A stretch of 64,000 bases of DNA from Candidatus Limnocylindrales bacterium (GTDB lineage: Bacteria; Chloroflexota; Limnocylindria; Limnocylindrales; CSP1-4), in assembly GCA_035688805.1 (NCBI GenBank), contig DASSMQ010000006.1, positions 15,012 to 79,011 on the forward strand, written 5' to 3'. Numbering within the stretch: the stretch's first letter is position 1; every line of letters begins with the position of its first letter. A program made the position numbers and the translations under genes. Positions 1-10,324 of this stretch are shown one piece after another. The notes beneath the pieces were generated by a model. That model saw nothing but the letters and a program-made list of their open reading frames with translations, was not told the DNA's origin and searched no databases.

Positions 1-678
1 GCCAGCCATGCCATCGTCAAGGGCCGGATCACGGAGCGTGGCGCGCTGCTGCTCGCGGCGATCGCCTTTGCGTCAGCCGTGGCGATCGGCCTCTACCTCG
101 TCTGGCTCCGGGGGCCGGCCATCGTCGGCCTCGGCATCCTCGGGCTCATCGGTGGCTGGGGCTACACCGCGCCACCGCTCCAGTACAAGAATCGAGGCCT
201 GGGCGTGCCGCTCGTGTTCCTGCTCATGGGCCCGCTGATGGTCGGCGGGGCGTATTTCGCGGTCAGCGGCACCTGGTCGCTCACGGCGATCGTGCTGTCG
301 ATCCCGGTCGGGCTGTTGGTCGCCGCCATCCTGCATGGCAACGAGTGGCGCGATATCCGCGAGGACACTCGGGCCGGCATCACGACCCTGTCGTCCCGTA
401 TAGGGCGACGCTGGGCGCACGACGGGTATGTGGCCCTGGTGCTCGGCGCGTACGTCGTCCTCGCCCTGTCGGTCATCGCCCGGGTGCTCCCGGCCCCGAC
501 GATGCTGGCCATCCTGTCGCTGCCCTTCCTCGCCCAGGTGATCCGGTCCGCCGAGCTCGGTGCGACCGGACAGGCCCGGGCCATCGCCATGATCGATCTG
601 CAGACTGCCCGGCTCCACCTCGCCTTCGGGTCGCTGCTGGTCGTCGGGCTGGTGCTGTCCCGGGCCATCGGTGGCTGA
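1..678 (+). CDS. menA: 3' part of a UbiA-family polyprenyltransferase, MenA-like (1,4-dihydroxy-2-naphthoate polyprenyltransferase); the 5' end lies outside the window
   Basis: Frame 1 is open from nt 1 into ORF 79..678. It is a multi-TM protein with the motif GWGYTAPPLQYKNRGLGVPLVFLLMGPLMVGGAYF, typical of the MenA/UbiA C-terminal half. Confidence 0.6.
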   Translation, partial: ASHAIVKGRITERGALLLAAIAFASAVAIGLYLVWLRGPAIVGLGILGLIGGWGYTAPPLQYKNRGLGVPLVFLLMGPLMVGGAYFAVSGTWSLTAIVLSIPVGLLVAAILHGNEWRDIREDTRAGITTLSSRIGRRWAHDGYVALVLGAYVVLALSVIARVLPAPTMLAILSLPFLAQVIRSAELGATGQARAIAMIDLQTARLHLAFGSLLVVGLVLSRAIGG

Positions 679-1348
679 TCGATCCGAAGCGGGCCGGGAC
701 GCCTCGCCCGGGACGGTCGCGCTCGGGCTGCTGGCGGCCCAGGTCGCGTTCGCGGCCACATTCCGCGGACCGCGCCATCGATTCTGGCAGCGGATGACCA
801 TGACCGGGCTGGGGCTGGGTGCCCTGGCGTTGGCGACCAGCGGCACTGCCCGCGCGACCCGTATCGGCGCTCGCGACATCGCGCTCGGCCTCGCCTCGGC
901 GGGGACCCTGTACGCGACGTTCAAGGCCGGCGATGTGTTCGCGCGTCGGTTCGTCCCGGGTGGGGACGCCCAGATCCGCGACATCTACACGCTGCGGACG
1001 CTCCGCCCGAAGGGCGAGATCGCGACGCGGCTGGCGACCGTCATCGGGCCCGCTGAGGAGCTGTTCTGGCGCGGTCTCGTCGCCGATGTGCTCATGACCC
1101 GTTACGGCCGATGGCGCGGGGCAGCGCTGGCGGCCGCAGCGTACGGCGGCGTCCACATCATCACCGGCAACTTCACGCTGTTCGGCGCGGCGGGTATCGC
1201 CGGCGCGCACTGGTGCGCCCTGTACGCGGCCGGGGTCCCGCTCGGGGCGCTGATCGTCAGCCACGTCGCCTGGGATGTCTGGATCTTCCTGCTCCAGCCG
1301 ACCGGCGAGATCGAGCCCATCCGACCCCTGGCGGCCGCGACGGCGTAG
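671..1348 (+). CDS. CPBP-family intramembrane metalloprotease (CAAX protease-like)
   Basis: ORF 671..1348 is a multi-TM protein with the EELFWRG motif (EExxxR) and downstream His/Trp motifs characteristic of the CPBP/Abi family. Confidence 0.65.
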   Translation: MADRSEAGRDASPGTVALGLLAAQVAFAATFRGPRHRFWQRMTMTGLGLGALALATSGTARATRIGARDIALGLASAGTLYATFKAGDVFARRFVPGGDAQIRDIYTLRTLRPKGEIATRLATVIGPAEELFWRGLVADVLMTRYGRWRGAALAAAAYGGVHIITGNFTLFGAAGIAGAHWCALYAAGVPLGALIVSHVAWDVWIFLLQPTGEIEPIRPLAAATA

Positions 1349-1391
1349 TCGCCCGCGTTGGTGGGCGGCGCGGTCGGGCGCGGCGACTGCG

Positions 1392-2162
1392 TCAGTCGAG
1401 CCGGACGACCCGGCCGCGGACCGCCCAGGCTCGAGCCGGGATCACGAACGCACCACTCGGAAGCCGTTCGCGAAGGCGTTCGCGCAGCGCGACGCGTCGT
1501 TCGGGATCCAGGCGCACCGTGTAGGCACCCGCCGGACCGACGCCGCGCGTGAAGGGCTCCCACCATTCCGCGAAGCTCGGGTGCTCGAGGTCGGCGACGA
1601 ACGTCACCTCGATGACGTTCTCCAGCCCGGCCTCCATGAAGAGTGCGGCCAGCTGGCCGGCACGGGCGCCCGGCAGCTCGGATTCGTCGGCGACACCGGG
1701 ATCGAGCTCGCGTGCCACGGTCCAGAAGAGGCCGAGCGGACCCAGTCCGCCGGCATGGTCCCAGACGCTCGCGGCAAGGACCCCGTCTGGACGCGTGACA
1801 CGGGCCATCTCCGCGAGGCCCGCGATCGGGTCCGGCATGAAATGGACGACGAGCTGGGCGAGGGCCGCGTCGAAGGCCGCGTCCGGGAACGGCAACGCGT
1901 CGGCCGATGCCTGCCGGACGTCCACGCCCGGGTTCCGCGCTCGCGCAGCCTCGACGAACGGCGCAGACGGGTCGACTGCGGCGACCGACGCCTCGCCGAG
2001 CCGCGTCACCAGCTCGCCCGTGAGCGCCCCCGGGCCACAGCCCACGTCGATGACGCGCTGACCCGGCGCGACGCCGGCGAGATCGGCCAGTTGCGGCGAC
2101 AGCAGCCGCGAATAGCGGCCCATGAACGCGTCATAGGCATCGGCGGCGACGTCGAAACTCAT
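1392..2162 (-). CDS. class I SAM-dependent methyltransferase
   Basis: ORF 1392..2162 carries the VIDVGCGPGALT glycine-rich SAM-binding motif and has Methyltransf_11-like organisation. Confidence 0.75.
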   Translation of the reverse strand: MSFDVAADAYDAFMGRYSRLLSPQLADLAGVAPGQRVIDVGCGPGALTGELVTRLGEASVAAVDPSAPFVEAARARNPGVDVRQASADALPFPDAAFDAALAQLVVHFMPDPIAGLAEMARVTRPDGVLAASVWDHAGGLGPLGLFWTVARELDPGVADESELPGARAGQLAALFMEAGLENVIEVTFVADLEHPSFAEWWEPFTRGVGPAGAYTVRLDPERRVALRERLRERLPSGAFVIPARAWAVRGRVVRLD

Positions 2163-2379
2163 CGGGTGAGGGTACGGCGTTGCAGGAAGAGAGATAGCGA
2201 ATACGCGGGTACGTGGACTGAGAGTGCGCCCGACACAGTCCCCGACGATGCATCCATCCGATTCGGGTCGAGCATGCGGGCGCTCCGTCGCCGGAAGCGT
2301 TGGACCCAGCAGCGCCTCGCCGACGCGGTTCGGGTGTCCCGCTCGGTGATCGCGGGAACAGCGCCGGATCGCGCCGCGC

Positions 2380-2463
2380 GAAGCTCGGGCCGCTCGACCG
2401 CTCGGGCCGCGCGAACGCCGGGGCCGCGTGAACGCCCGGCGCCGCGTGAGCCCCCGAGCCGAT
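2380..2463. repeat. GC-rich imperfect tandem direct repeats (~17 bp units, gg(c/g)ccgcg(c/t)gaacgcc-like) immediately downstream of the dnaK stop
   Basis: Direct reading shows gggccgcgcgaacgcc / ggggccgcgtgaacgcc / cggcgccgcgtgagccc, preceded by ctcgggccgc...gctcgggccgc. Confidence 0.4.
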
Positions 2464-2471
2464 GCCCGGGG

Positions 2472-4421
2472 TCAGACCTCCTTGAACTCGCCCTCGACGG
2501 CCTCGTCGCCTTCGGCCGCGCCGGGCTCGCCAGCGCCTTCCGCGCCACCCGCTCCGCCCTCGCCGCCGGCACCATCGCCGGAGCCGTTCGACGGCCCGGC
2601 TTCGGACGCGGACGCCTGGTAGGCGGCCGTCGACACCCGCTGGAGGGTCTCGGCGAGCGCCGTCGCTCCGGTCCGGACCGCGCCGACGTCGGAGCCCTTC
2701 AGGGCCTCGCGGAGCGAGGACACCTGGTTCTCGACCTCGAGCTTGTCCTCGGACGAGACCTTCTCGCCCAGGTCTTTCAGGGTCCGTTCGGCCTGGAACG
2801 TGAGCGCCTCGGCCTGGTTGCGGACCTCGACCTCCTCGCGCCGCTGCTTGTCCTCGTCGGCGTGCTCGGCCGCGTCGCGCACCATCTGGTCGACGGCGTC
2901 CTTCGACAGCATCGACGAGGCGGTGATCCGGACCTGCTGCTCTTTGCTGGTCGCCCGGTCCTTGGCCTTCACATCGAGGATGCCATTCGCGTCGATGTCG
3001 AACGTGACCTCGATCTGGGGCACGCCCCGTGGAGCCGGCGGGATCCCGTCGAGGATGAACCGGCCGAGGGTCTTGTTGTCCGCCGCGAAGTCGCGCTCGC
3101 CCTGGAGGACGTGGATCTCGACCTGCGACTGCGAGTCGCTGGCGGTCGAGAAGACCTGGGACTTCGAGGTCGGGATGGTCGTGTTCCGCTCGATGAGCTT
3201 GGTCATGACGCCACCGAGCGTTTCGATGCCGAGCGACAGCGGCGTGACGTCGAGCAAGAGGACGTCCTTGACGTCACCCGCCAGGACCCCGGCCTGGATG
3301 GCGGCACCGATGGCCACGACCTCGTCCGGGTTCACGCCCTTGTGCGGCTCCTTGCCGCCGAACATCTTCTTGACCGCCTCGACGACGGCGGGCATCCGGG
3401 TCATGCCACCGACCAGGATCACCTCGTCGATGTCGCCGGGCTTGAGGCCGGCGTCCTTGAGGGCTGCCGACACCGGACCCTCGGTCTTCGACACGAGGTC
3501 GGCGACCAGATCCTCGAGCTTGGCTCGCGAGAGCGAGAGCACGAGGTGTTTCGGGCCGGACGCGTCGGCGGTGACGTAGGGCAGGTTGATCTCGGTCGTC
3601 GCGGTCGAGCTCAGCTCGATCTTGGCCTTCTCGGCGGCCTCCTTGAGCCGCTGGAGCGCCTGCTGGTCCTTGGACAGGTCGATGCCCTGGTCCTTCTTGA
3701 ATTCGGCCAGCAGCCAGTCGATGACGCGCTGGTCGAAGTCGTCGCCACCGAGGTGGGTGTCGCCGTTGGTCGCCTTGACCTCGAAGACGCCCTCACCGAG
3801 TTCGAGGATCGAGATGTCGAACGTGCCGCCACCGAGGTCGTATACGGCGATCTTCTCGTCGTGCTTCTTGTCCAGCCCGTAGGCCAGGGCCGAGGCGGTC
3901 GGCTCGTTGATGATCCGCTTGACGTCGAGGCCGGCGATCCGGCCGGCGTCCTTGGTCGCCTGCCGCTGGGTGTCGTCGAAATAGGCCGGGACCGTGATGA
4001 CGGCCTCCGTGATCTTCTCGCCGAGATACGCCTCCGCGTCGGTCTTGAGCTTCTGGAGGATCATCGCGCTGATCTCGGGCGGCGTGTACGTCTTGCCGTC
4101 GGCCAGCTTGACCGCGACCCCATCGGAGTTGGGGTCCTTCTCCATCTTGTAGGGGACGAGCTCGCGCGAACGCTTCACTTCGGGGTCGTCCCAGCGGCGA
4201 CCCATGAAGCGCTTGATCGAATAGACCGTATTGGTCGGATTGGTGACGGCCTGGCGCTTGGCCAGCTGGCCGACCAATCGCTCGCCCGTCTTGGTGAACG
4301 CGACGACCGACGGAACGGTCCGGCCGCCCTCTGCCGACGCGATGACGGTCGGCTCGCCGCCCTCCATGACGGCGACGACGGAGTTCGTCGTGCCAAGGTC
4401 GATGCCGATGATCTTGCCCAT
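2472..4421 (-). CDS. dnaK: molecular chaperone DnaK (Hsp70)
   Basis: 649 aa. The N-terminus [17 protein letters not shown] and the DLGGGTFD and acidic C-terminal tail give full-length Hsp70 similarity. Confidence 0.97.
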   Translation of the reverse strand: MGKIIGIDLGTTNSVVAVMEGGEPTVIASAEGGRTVPSVVAFTKTGERLVGQLAKRQAVTNPTNTVYSIKRFMGRRWDDPEVKRSRELVPYKMEKDPNSDGVAVKLADGKTYTPPEISAMILQKLKTDAEAYLGEKITEAVITVPAYFDDTQRQATKDAGRIAGLDVKRIINEPTASALAYGLDKKHDEKIAVYDLGGGTFDISILELGEGVFEVKATNGDTHLGGDDFDQRVIDWLLAEFKKDQGIDLSKDQQALQRLKEAAEKAKIELSSTATTEINLPYVTADASGPKHLVLSLSRAKLEDLVADLVSKTEGPVSAALKDAGLKPGDIDEVILVGGMTRMPAVVEAVKKMFGGKEPHKGVNPDEVVAIGAAIQAGVLAGDVKDVLLLDVTPLSLGIETLGGVMTKLIERNTTIPTSKSQVFSTASDSQSQVEIHVLQGERDFAADNKTLGRFILDGIPPAPRGVPQIEVTFDIDANGILDVKAKDRATSKEQQVRITASSMLSKDAVDQMVRDAAEHADEDKQRREEVEVRNQAEALTFQAERTLKDLGEKVSSEDKLEVENQVSSLREALKGSDVGAVRTGATALAETLQRVSTAAYQASASEAGPSNGSGDGAGGEGGAGGAEGAGEPGAAEGDEAVEGEFKEV

Positions 4422-4466
4422 GGTGTGTGTTCGCTCCTCGCTCGGGATGGCTCGTTCGGTCGGTGG

Positions 4467-5045
4467 TCAGTCGGGTCGATCGGTGGTGGTCGGTTCAGAC
4501 GCGGCGGCGACGGCCACGAGGGCCGGCCGCAGGACGCGGTCGCGCAGTCGGTAACCACGCCGGACCTGCTCGACGATCTCGCCCTCGGCCCGGCCGCTGC
4601 CGGGGACGTTGGCGATCGCGTCGTGCTCGCGCGGATCGAAGGCGGTGCCGGGTTGCGCGTCGATGGCGCTCACGCCCTCGCTTTCGAGCAGGGTCCGGAG
4701 CTTGCGGTCGATGGCGGCGACGCCGTCGAACCACGGGTCCGTGGCGATGGCGTCGGGTCGCGCGTCGATCGCTCGATCGAAGTCGTCGGCCACGGCGAGC
4801 ACCTTGCGGATCAGGTCCTCGCCGGCCAGGCCGAGGTCGCGCTCGCGCTCCTCGGCGGTGCGTCGCTTGAAGTTGAGGAACTCGGCACGTTCTCGCTGCA
4901 GGGCGCCGAGGTACTCCTCGGCCTCCGTCCGGGCCGCGGCAAGCTCGCCGCGCACCGCCTCGAGATCCGCCAACAGCTTGGTCGGCCGGATGTCGATGTC
5001 CTCGGCGCGCTCCTGGGCGCGGGTCCGGTGTCGCGGTTCAGGCAT
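4467..5045 (-). CDS. grpE: nucleotide exchange factor GrpE
   Basis: 192 aa with a coiled-coil N-terminus and a GrpE C-terminal domain (PREHDAIANVPG). It lies between hrcA and dnaK on the same strand and overlaps the hrcA stop. Confidence 0.9.
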   Translation of the reverse strand: MPEPRHRTRAQERAEDIDIRPTKLLADLEAVRGELAAARTEAEEYLGALQRERAEFLNFKRRTAEERERDLGLAGEDLIRKVLAVADDFDRAIDARPDAIATDPWFDGVAAIDRKLRTLLESEGVSAIDAQPGTAFDPREHDAIANVPGSGRAEGEIVEQVRRGYRLRDRVLRPALVAVAAASEPTTTDRPD

Positions 5046-6108
5046 ACAGGTGGTCCACCAGCTCGTTCAGGAGACCGGACACGAACGTCACCGTGCCGAT
5101 CGCGTGGGGATAGCTCATGCGCGTCGGCCCGAGCACACCGACGACGCCCAGCGCGCGGCCCGGTCGCCCGTACGGGGCGAGCACGAGCGACACGTCGTGC
5201 ATCTCGGCCCGAGCGTTCTCGGCGCCGATCACGACCCGGATCCGACCCGACCCGGCGACGCTGCCGACCAGCTCGCCGAGGTACGCCCGGTTCTCCAGGG
5301 CCGTGAAGACCTGGCGCAGCTTGTCGCTCTGGGCGAACTCGGGCGCCTCCATGACGTTGAGCAGCCCGTCGGAGAAGACCTCCTCGACCGCGGCCGCGTC
5401 GTAATCGCGCAGGATCCGGACGATCCGGTCCCCGACGCGCTGGGCGACGCGCTGCACGGGGTCGGCACGGTCGAAGCGGGCCAGCGTGGCCTCGGCGGCG
5501 GTAGCCGTCGCCTCGAGCAGGTGCTCGTTGAGCATCGCCGCGACCCGGTTGAGGGTGGCTTGATCGACCGCGTCCGTCTCGTCGAGGGTGACCGCCGCCT
5601 GCTTGATGGCACCCTCCCGGAGGACCAGGATGAGGCTGGCCATCCGTTCGTTGACCGCGACGAGGTCGACCCGGCGGATGTGGGCGACCGCGGGCTTGGC
5701 CGGCGTCGCCAGACCCGCCGACCGGGTGAGGCCGGCCAGGGTCGTCGCCGCGAGGCGGAACCAGTGCTCGCTCGCGAATTCGACCTGACCGAACTGGTGG
5801 CGGATCATCAGCTGCTCGACCGGCGGCAGGGGAGAGGCATCGACGATCGATTCGACGTAGAACCGATACCCGGCGTCGGTCGGCATGCGCCCGGCGCTGG
5901 TATGCGGATGGCTCAGCAACCCAGCCATCTCCAGCTCAGCCAGGATGTTGCGGACGGTCGCGCTGGACACGCCGAGGGCGTAGCGCTCGACGAGTGCCAG
6001 ACTGCCGACCGGCTGGGCGGTGGTGACGTATTCCTCGATGACGGCCCGAAGGATCGCCTGAGAGCGGAGGTCCAACGGGCCGAGCGGGCGGCGGATCCGT
6101 CGCGCCAA
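5038..6108 (-). CDS. hrcA: heat-inducible transcription repressor HrcA
   Basis: 356 aa with an N-terminal winged-helix (LSQRAILRAVIEEYVTTAQPVGSLAL...SSATVRNILAELE) typical of HrcA. A CIRCE element lies upstream. Confidence 0.92.
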   Translation of the reverse strand: MARRIRRPLGPLDLRSQAILRAVIEEYVTTAQPVGSLALVERYALGVSSATVRNILAELEMAGLLSHPHTSAGRMPTDAGYRFYVESIVDASPLPPVEQLMIRHQFGQVEFASEHWFRLAATTLAGLTRSAGLATPAKPAVAHIRRVDLVAVNERMASLILVLREGAIKQAAVTLDETDAVDQATLNRVAAMLNEHLLEATATAAEATLARFDRADPVQRVAQRVGDRIVRILRDYDAAAVEEVFSDGLLNVMEAPEFAQSDKLRQVFTALENRAYLGELVGSVAGSGRIRVVIGAENARAEMHDVSLVLAPYGRPGRALGVVGVLGPTRMSYPHAIGTVTFVSGLLNELVDHLYA

Positions 6109-6127
6109 ACTCGTTCTCCGGTGGTAG

Positions 6128-6154
6128 TTAGCACTCGATGGGTGAGAGTGCTAA
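6128..6154. promoter_or_regulatory. CIRCE operator (HrcA binding site) upstream of hrcA
   Basis: TTAGCACTC-gatgggtga-GAGTGCTAA is a perfect 9-N9-9 inverted repeat matching the CIRCE consensus. It sits 20 to 46 nt upstream of the hrcA start. Confidence 0.85.
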
Positions 6155-6221
6155 CGGGTCGGGAGGCATCGTAGCAGTCGCCGGTCGGGAGTGTCAACGC
6201 GTGGTCGGCGTCGCGGAGCTC

Positions 6222-7454
6222 CTAGACGAGGCGCTGGAACAACTCGTTGGAGAGCAGCCGTCCACGAGTGGTCAGCACGACGCGCTCCTGTGGCGTCACC
6301 GAGAGCAGCCCAGCGGCGAGCGCCCAGCCGAACGCGTCGGCCAGGGGCGCTTCGTGGGCCGTCGCCAAGGCCACCCCGGTGTCGAGACGCAGCCCGAGGA
6401 TGACGGCCTCAGCCGCGGCGGTCACCGGATCCAGCCGATCGACGCCGCCCGGCGGGAGCGACGGGGTCGAGCCGGCGAGGGCGGCCACGTATCGGTCCAG
6501 CCGCGCCGCGGTCCATCGCCGTGTCTCGCCATCGAATGCATGGGCGCCCGGACCGACCGCCTCGTGCGGCTGCCGCTGCCAGTACACCAGGTTGTGGCGG
6601 CTCTCGTGGCCGGCCTTCGCCCAGTTCGAGATCTCGTACCCGCGGTAGCCGGCCTCGCCGAGCGCGATGGATGCGGCGTGGTATTGGGCCGCAGCCCGGT
6701 CCTCGTCCTGTCCCGGCCTGACCGCGTCGCGCCAGCGGCGCGCACCCTTGGTCGTCGGCAGGTGGTCGCCATCGAGGCCCGTGAGGCCCTCGGCGTCGGG
6801 GTCGTCGAGGGTCAGGGCGTAGAGCGACAGGTGATCCGGTTCGAGCGCCAGCGCCCGGTCGAGCGTCGCCAGCCACGTGGCGAGGTCACTGTCCGGGATG
6901 TCGTATAGCAGATCGACGTTGATCGAGCCGATGCCCGCCGCGCGCGCCGCCGCGACCGCGTCGGCCACGTGGCGCGATCGATGGCGTCGGCCGAGCTTGC
7001 GCAGCTCCGTGTCGTCGAACGACTGGGCCCCGAACGAGAGCCGCGTGACGCCCGCCCGGCGGAGGGCCGCGGGATCGCCACGCTCATCCGGCCCGGGGTT
7101 CGCCTCGGCCGTGATCTCGGCACCGTCGGCGATTCCGAACCGGTCACGGATCCGGCTCAGCAGTCGTTCGATCGAGGCGGCCGGCAGCAGCGTCGGCGTG
7201 CCGCCACCGAGGTACACGCTCGCGAGTGCCGGCCGACCGTCATCTCCCGGGGCCCCGAACGCCTGGTCCAGGGCGTCGGCTCGCAACTCGATCTCGACGA
7301 GGAGCGCATCCAGGAACTGCCCGATCCGGTTGCGCGGGCCACGGGCCGCCGATCCGGCGATCACCACGAAATCGCAGTACGGACACAGCGAGACGCAGAA
7401 CGGGATGTGGACGTAGAGGGCGACCGGGGGGTCGGCGGCCATCGGCCGAGCCAT
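6222..7454 (-). CDS. hemW: radical SAM heme chaperone HemW (HemN-like, oxygen-independent coproporphyrinogen III oxidase family)
   Basis: The YVHIPFCVSLCPYCDF radical-SAM CxxxCxxC motif follows an internal Met (MARPMAAD..). ORF 6222..7658 is trimmed to that Met. The lepA-hemW-hrcA order resembles Firmicutes. Confidence 0.82.
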   Translation of the reverse strand: MARPMAADPPVALYVHIPFCVSLCPYCDFVVIAGSAARGPRNRIGQFLDALLVEIELRADALDQAFGAPGDDGRPALASVYLGGGTPTLLPAASIERLLSRIRDRFGIADGAEITAEANPGPDERGDPAALRRAGVTRLSFGAQSFDDTELRKLGRRHRSRHVADAVAAARAAGIGSINVDLLYDIPDSDLATWLATLDRALALEPDHLSLYALTLDDPDAEGLTGLDGDHLPTTKGARRWRDAVRPGQDEDRAAAQYHAASIALGEAGYRGYEISNWAKAGHESRHNLVYWQRQPHEAVGPGAHAFDGETRRWTAARLDRYVAALAGSTPSLPPGGVDRLDPVTAAAEAVILGLRLDTGVALATAHEAPLADAFGWALAAGLLSVTPQERVVLTTRGRLLSNELFQRLV

Positions 7455-7456
7455 CG

Positions 7457-8176
7457 TCAGCGGTCCCGCTGAGCGGACTCCCGACTCCCGATGACCCGCC
7501 AGCCATCCGGCGGCCGACGCCGTCGGTCGATCTCTTCGACCTCGCGTCCCTTCGGCAGGGTCTGGCCGGTGTGGCCCGTACAGAGGAAGACGGCGAACCG
7601 GGTGGCCGCGTGCCCCAGGAAGGCCGCCGCGATGCCGCCGGTGATCGCCGTCAGCCAACCGGCGATGAGCCCGATCGCCAGCGTCAGGACCAGCAGATAT
7701 CGATCACGACCGGGCGCCCCGAGCCGGGTGGACAGGGCGTAGAGCAGGGCCTGGACCACGTTCGCGAGGTTCGGGTCGAGGCCCACGGTCAGCATCATCC
7801 CGAACAGCGCGCCGCGGAACGTGGCCTCGTCGACGAACGCGGTCGCCGTCGAGTTGAGCAATGCGCCCGGGTACGAGGCCATGTCCGGGAACCGGATCCG
7901 CTGGTAGCGCAGGGTCGCGAACGCGATGGCCTGGGCGATGCCCAGCCCGGCGAAGATCAGGCCGCCGAATACCGCCCCCAGCCGATCGCCGGTCCCGAGG
8001 TACAGCTGGGTCGTCGAGTGGGGGTGGATGTAGGCGATCGCGATCACGAGCGCCGCCCCGAGCGCGTACCAGGCGATCCGCCGGCGGACCCGCGGCCGCT
8101 CGCCGTCTCGGGTGCTCTCGTAGTACTCGGCGGTCCCGAACCGCTCGGCATCGAGGCGCAGCAGGATCAGGAGCAT
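7457..8176 (-). CDS. CPBP-family-like integral membrane protein; the start is uncertain
   Basis: ORF 7457..8371 is multi-TM with the DEATFRG motif (EExxxR-like). Its 5' part would overlap the lepA 3' end, so I trimmed it to the internal Met (MLLILL). Confidence 0.5.
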   Translation of the reverse strand: MLLILLRLDAERFGTAEYYESTRDGERPRVRRRIAWYALGAALVIAIAYIHPHSTTQLYLGTGDRLGAVFGGLIFAGLGIAQAIAFATLRYQRIRFPDMASYPGALLNSTATAFVDEATFRGALFGMMLTVGLDPNLANVVQALLYALSTRLGAPGRDRYLLVLTLAIGLIAGWLTAITGGIAAAFLGHAATRFAVFLCTGHTGQTLPKGREVEEIDRRRRPPDGWRVIGSRESAQRDR

Positions 8177-8232
8177 CACGAGACCGACGACGATCCAGCC
8201 GCGGGACAGGTCGAACAGGCCCTGCACGCCCG

Positions 8233-10044
8233 TCAACCCTCGTCCATGCGCAACATCGCCAGGAAGGCCTCCTGCGGGATCTCGACCGACCCCACCCGCT
8301 TCATCCGCTGCTTCCCCTCTTTCTGCTTCTCGAGGAGCTTGCGCTTGCGGGTGATGTCGCCACCGTAACACTTGGCCAGCACGTTCTTGCGCATCGCGCG
8401 GACCGTTTCGCGGGCGATCACGTTGCTGCCGATCGCAGCCTGGATCGGGATCTCGAACATCTGGCGCGGGATCAGCTGCTTGAGTCGCTCGGCGAGCGCC
8501 CGGCCGGTCGACGGGGCGCGGTCACGGTGCACGATGATGCTGAGCGCGTCGACGGGTTCGCCGTTCACCAGGATGTCGACCTTGGCGAGCTCGGCCGGTC
8601 GATAGCCGAGCTCCTCGTAGTCCATCGACGCGTAGCCCTGGCTGCGACTCTTGAGCTGGTCGAAGTAGTCGACGATCAGCTCGGCCAGAGGCATCTCGAA
8701 ATGGAGCACGACGCGGGTAGGGTCGAGGTACTCCATGTCGATGAACTCCCCGCGCCGGTTGGTCGAGAGCTCCATCAGCGCGCCGATGTACTGGCTGGGA
8801 CTGACGACGCTGAGGCTGACCCACGGCTCATCGATGGACTCGATCTCGGACGGACCGGGTAGACGGGCCGGGTTATCGACTACCACCAGGCCCCGGCCGT
8901 GCTGGAGGTGGACGTGGTATTCGACCGACGGGGCCGAGGCGATGAGGTCGAGACCGAACTCGCGCTCGAGGCGTTCCTGGACGATCTCCATGTGGAGCAG
9001 CCCGAGGAACCCGCACCGGAACCCGAACCCGAGGGCCACCGAACTCTCCGGCTCGAACGTGAAGCTCGCATCGTTGAGGTGGAGCTTGTCGAGTGCCTCC
9101 CGCAATTCGGGGTAGTCCTCGCCGCTGACCGGGTAGATGCCGGCGAAGACGAGGCTCTTGGCGGCCTGGTAGCCGGGCAGTGGCTGGGCCGCCGGCCGTG
9201 CCTGGGTCGTGACCGTATCGCCGACCTGGGCCTCGCGCACGTTCTTGAGCCCCGTCGCGACGTAGCCGACCTCCCCGGCGGTCAGCTGGCGGACCGGGAC
9301 GAGCTGGGGTCGGAAGACGCCGAGCTCGAGGGGCTCGGCGACCGCGCCACTGGCCATCAACCGGATCGGATCGTTGGCACGCAGGGTGCCCTGGGCGAGC
9401 CGGACGTAGACGATCACGCCCTTGTAGGCGTCGTAGTGGCTGTCGAAGATCAGGCCCTGGACCGGTGCCGCCGGGTCACCCTTCGGGGCGGGGATGCGCT
9501 CGACGACCGCCTCGAGGATGTCGATGACGCCGGTGCCGTCCTTGGCGCTCGCCAGGATGACCTCCTCGCGCGGGATGGCCAGGACGGTCTCCAGCTCCTC
9601 GATGATGGTGTCGGGATCGGCCGACGGCAGGTCGATCTTGTTGAGCACCGGGATCAGCGTGAGGTTCTCGCGCAGGGCCAGGTGGACGTTGGCCAGGGTC
9701 TGGGCCTCGATGCCCTGGGTCGCGTCGACGACGAGGATAGCGCCCTCACACGCCTGCAGGCTGTGGCTGACCTCGTAGGCGAAGTCGACGTGTCCCGGGG
9801 TGTCGATCAGGTTGAGGCCGTAAGTAAGACCGTCGCGGGCGGTGTACTCGAGGCGCACGGCGCGGGCCTTGATCGTGATGCCCTTCTCGCGCTCGAGATC
9901 CATCGAGTCGAGCACTTGGCTGGTCATCTGCCGGGCGTCGATCGTGTGGGTCAGCTCGAGCAACCGGTCCGCCAGCGTCGACTTGCCGTGATCGATGTGG
10001 GCGATGATCGAGAAGTTGCGCAGGCGCTCCTGGGGGATGGTCAC
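8233..10044 (-). CDS. lepA: elongation factor 4 (LepA)
   Basis: 603 aa. The N-terminus [22 protein letters not shown] is a GTPase G1 motif, and there is full-length LepA similarity including the C-terminal domain. Confidence 0.97.
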   Translation of the reverse strand: MTIPQERLRNFSIIAHIDHGKSTLADRLLELTHTIDARQMTSQVLDSMDLEREKGITIKARAVRLEYTARDGLTYGLNLIDTPGHVDFAYEVSHSLQACEGAILVVDATQGIEAQTLANVHLALRENLTLIPVLNKIDLPSADPDTIIEELETVLAIPREEVILASAKDGTGVIDILEAVVERIPAPKGDPAAPVQGLIFDSHYDAYKGVIVYVRLAQGTLRANDPIRLMASGAVAEPLELGVFRPQLVPVRQLTAGEVGYVATGLKNVREAQVGDTVTTQARPAAQPLPGYQAAKSLVFAGIYPVSGEDYPELREALDKLHLNDASFTFEPESSVALGFGFRCGFLGLLHMEIVQERLEREFGLDLIASAPSVEYHVHLQHGRGLVVVDNPARLPGPSEIESIDEPWVSLSVVSPSQYIGALMELSTNRRGEFIDMEYLDPTRVVLHFEMPLAELIVDYFDQLKSRSQGYASMDYEELGYRPAELAKVDILVNGEPVDALSIIVHRDRAPSTGRALAERLKQLIPRQMFEIPIQAAIGSNVIARETVRAMRKNVLAKCYGGDITRKRKLLEKQKEGKQRMKRVGSVEIPQEAFLAMLRMDEG

Positions 10045-10324
10045 GAGGCGGGAGTGTAGCGGGCGCGGAGCCGCCGACTACTCGTGTGCCTACGGCAGGA
10101 CCGCCATCGTCGCTTCGCGTGGAGTCGTGAGAGGACTGCCATCCGGCATTGGTCGGCAGGTATCTTCAGGCCTGGTTTCCGTAGGACGTACCCAAGAGCG
10201 ATCTGACGTGGAGCGACCATTCCGAGTCACGCGGCGAATACACCCAAAGAAGCTCGTTCCTGGCTCCACGCCACCGGCGACCTGACTCTCGCGGCGCCGC
10301 TTCGCAGGGGCAACCCCCCGAGGA

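Noticed and set aside
1275-5306. Giant 1343-aa plus-strand ORF, and similar ones at 24358..27117, 30491..32587 and 50692..53376
   Set aside because: They run antisense to dnaK/grpE, dnaE2, imuAB and obgE/M23 respectively. They are low-complexity Arg/Gly/Asp-rich, which is the typical stop-codon-poor antisense artefact of ~70% GC DNA.
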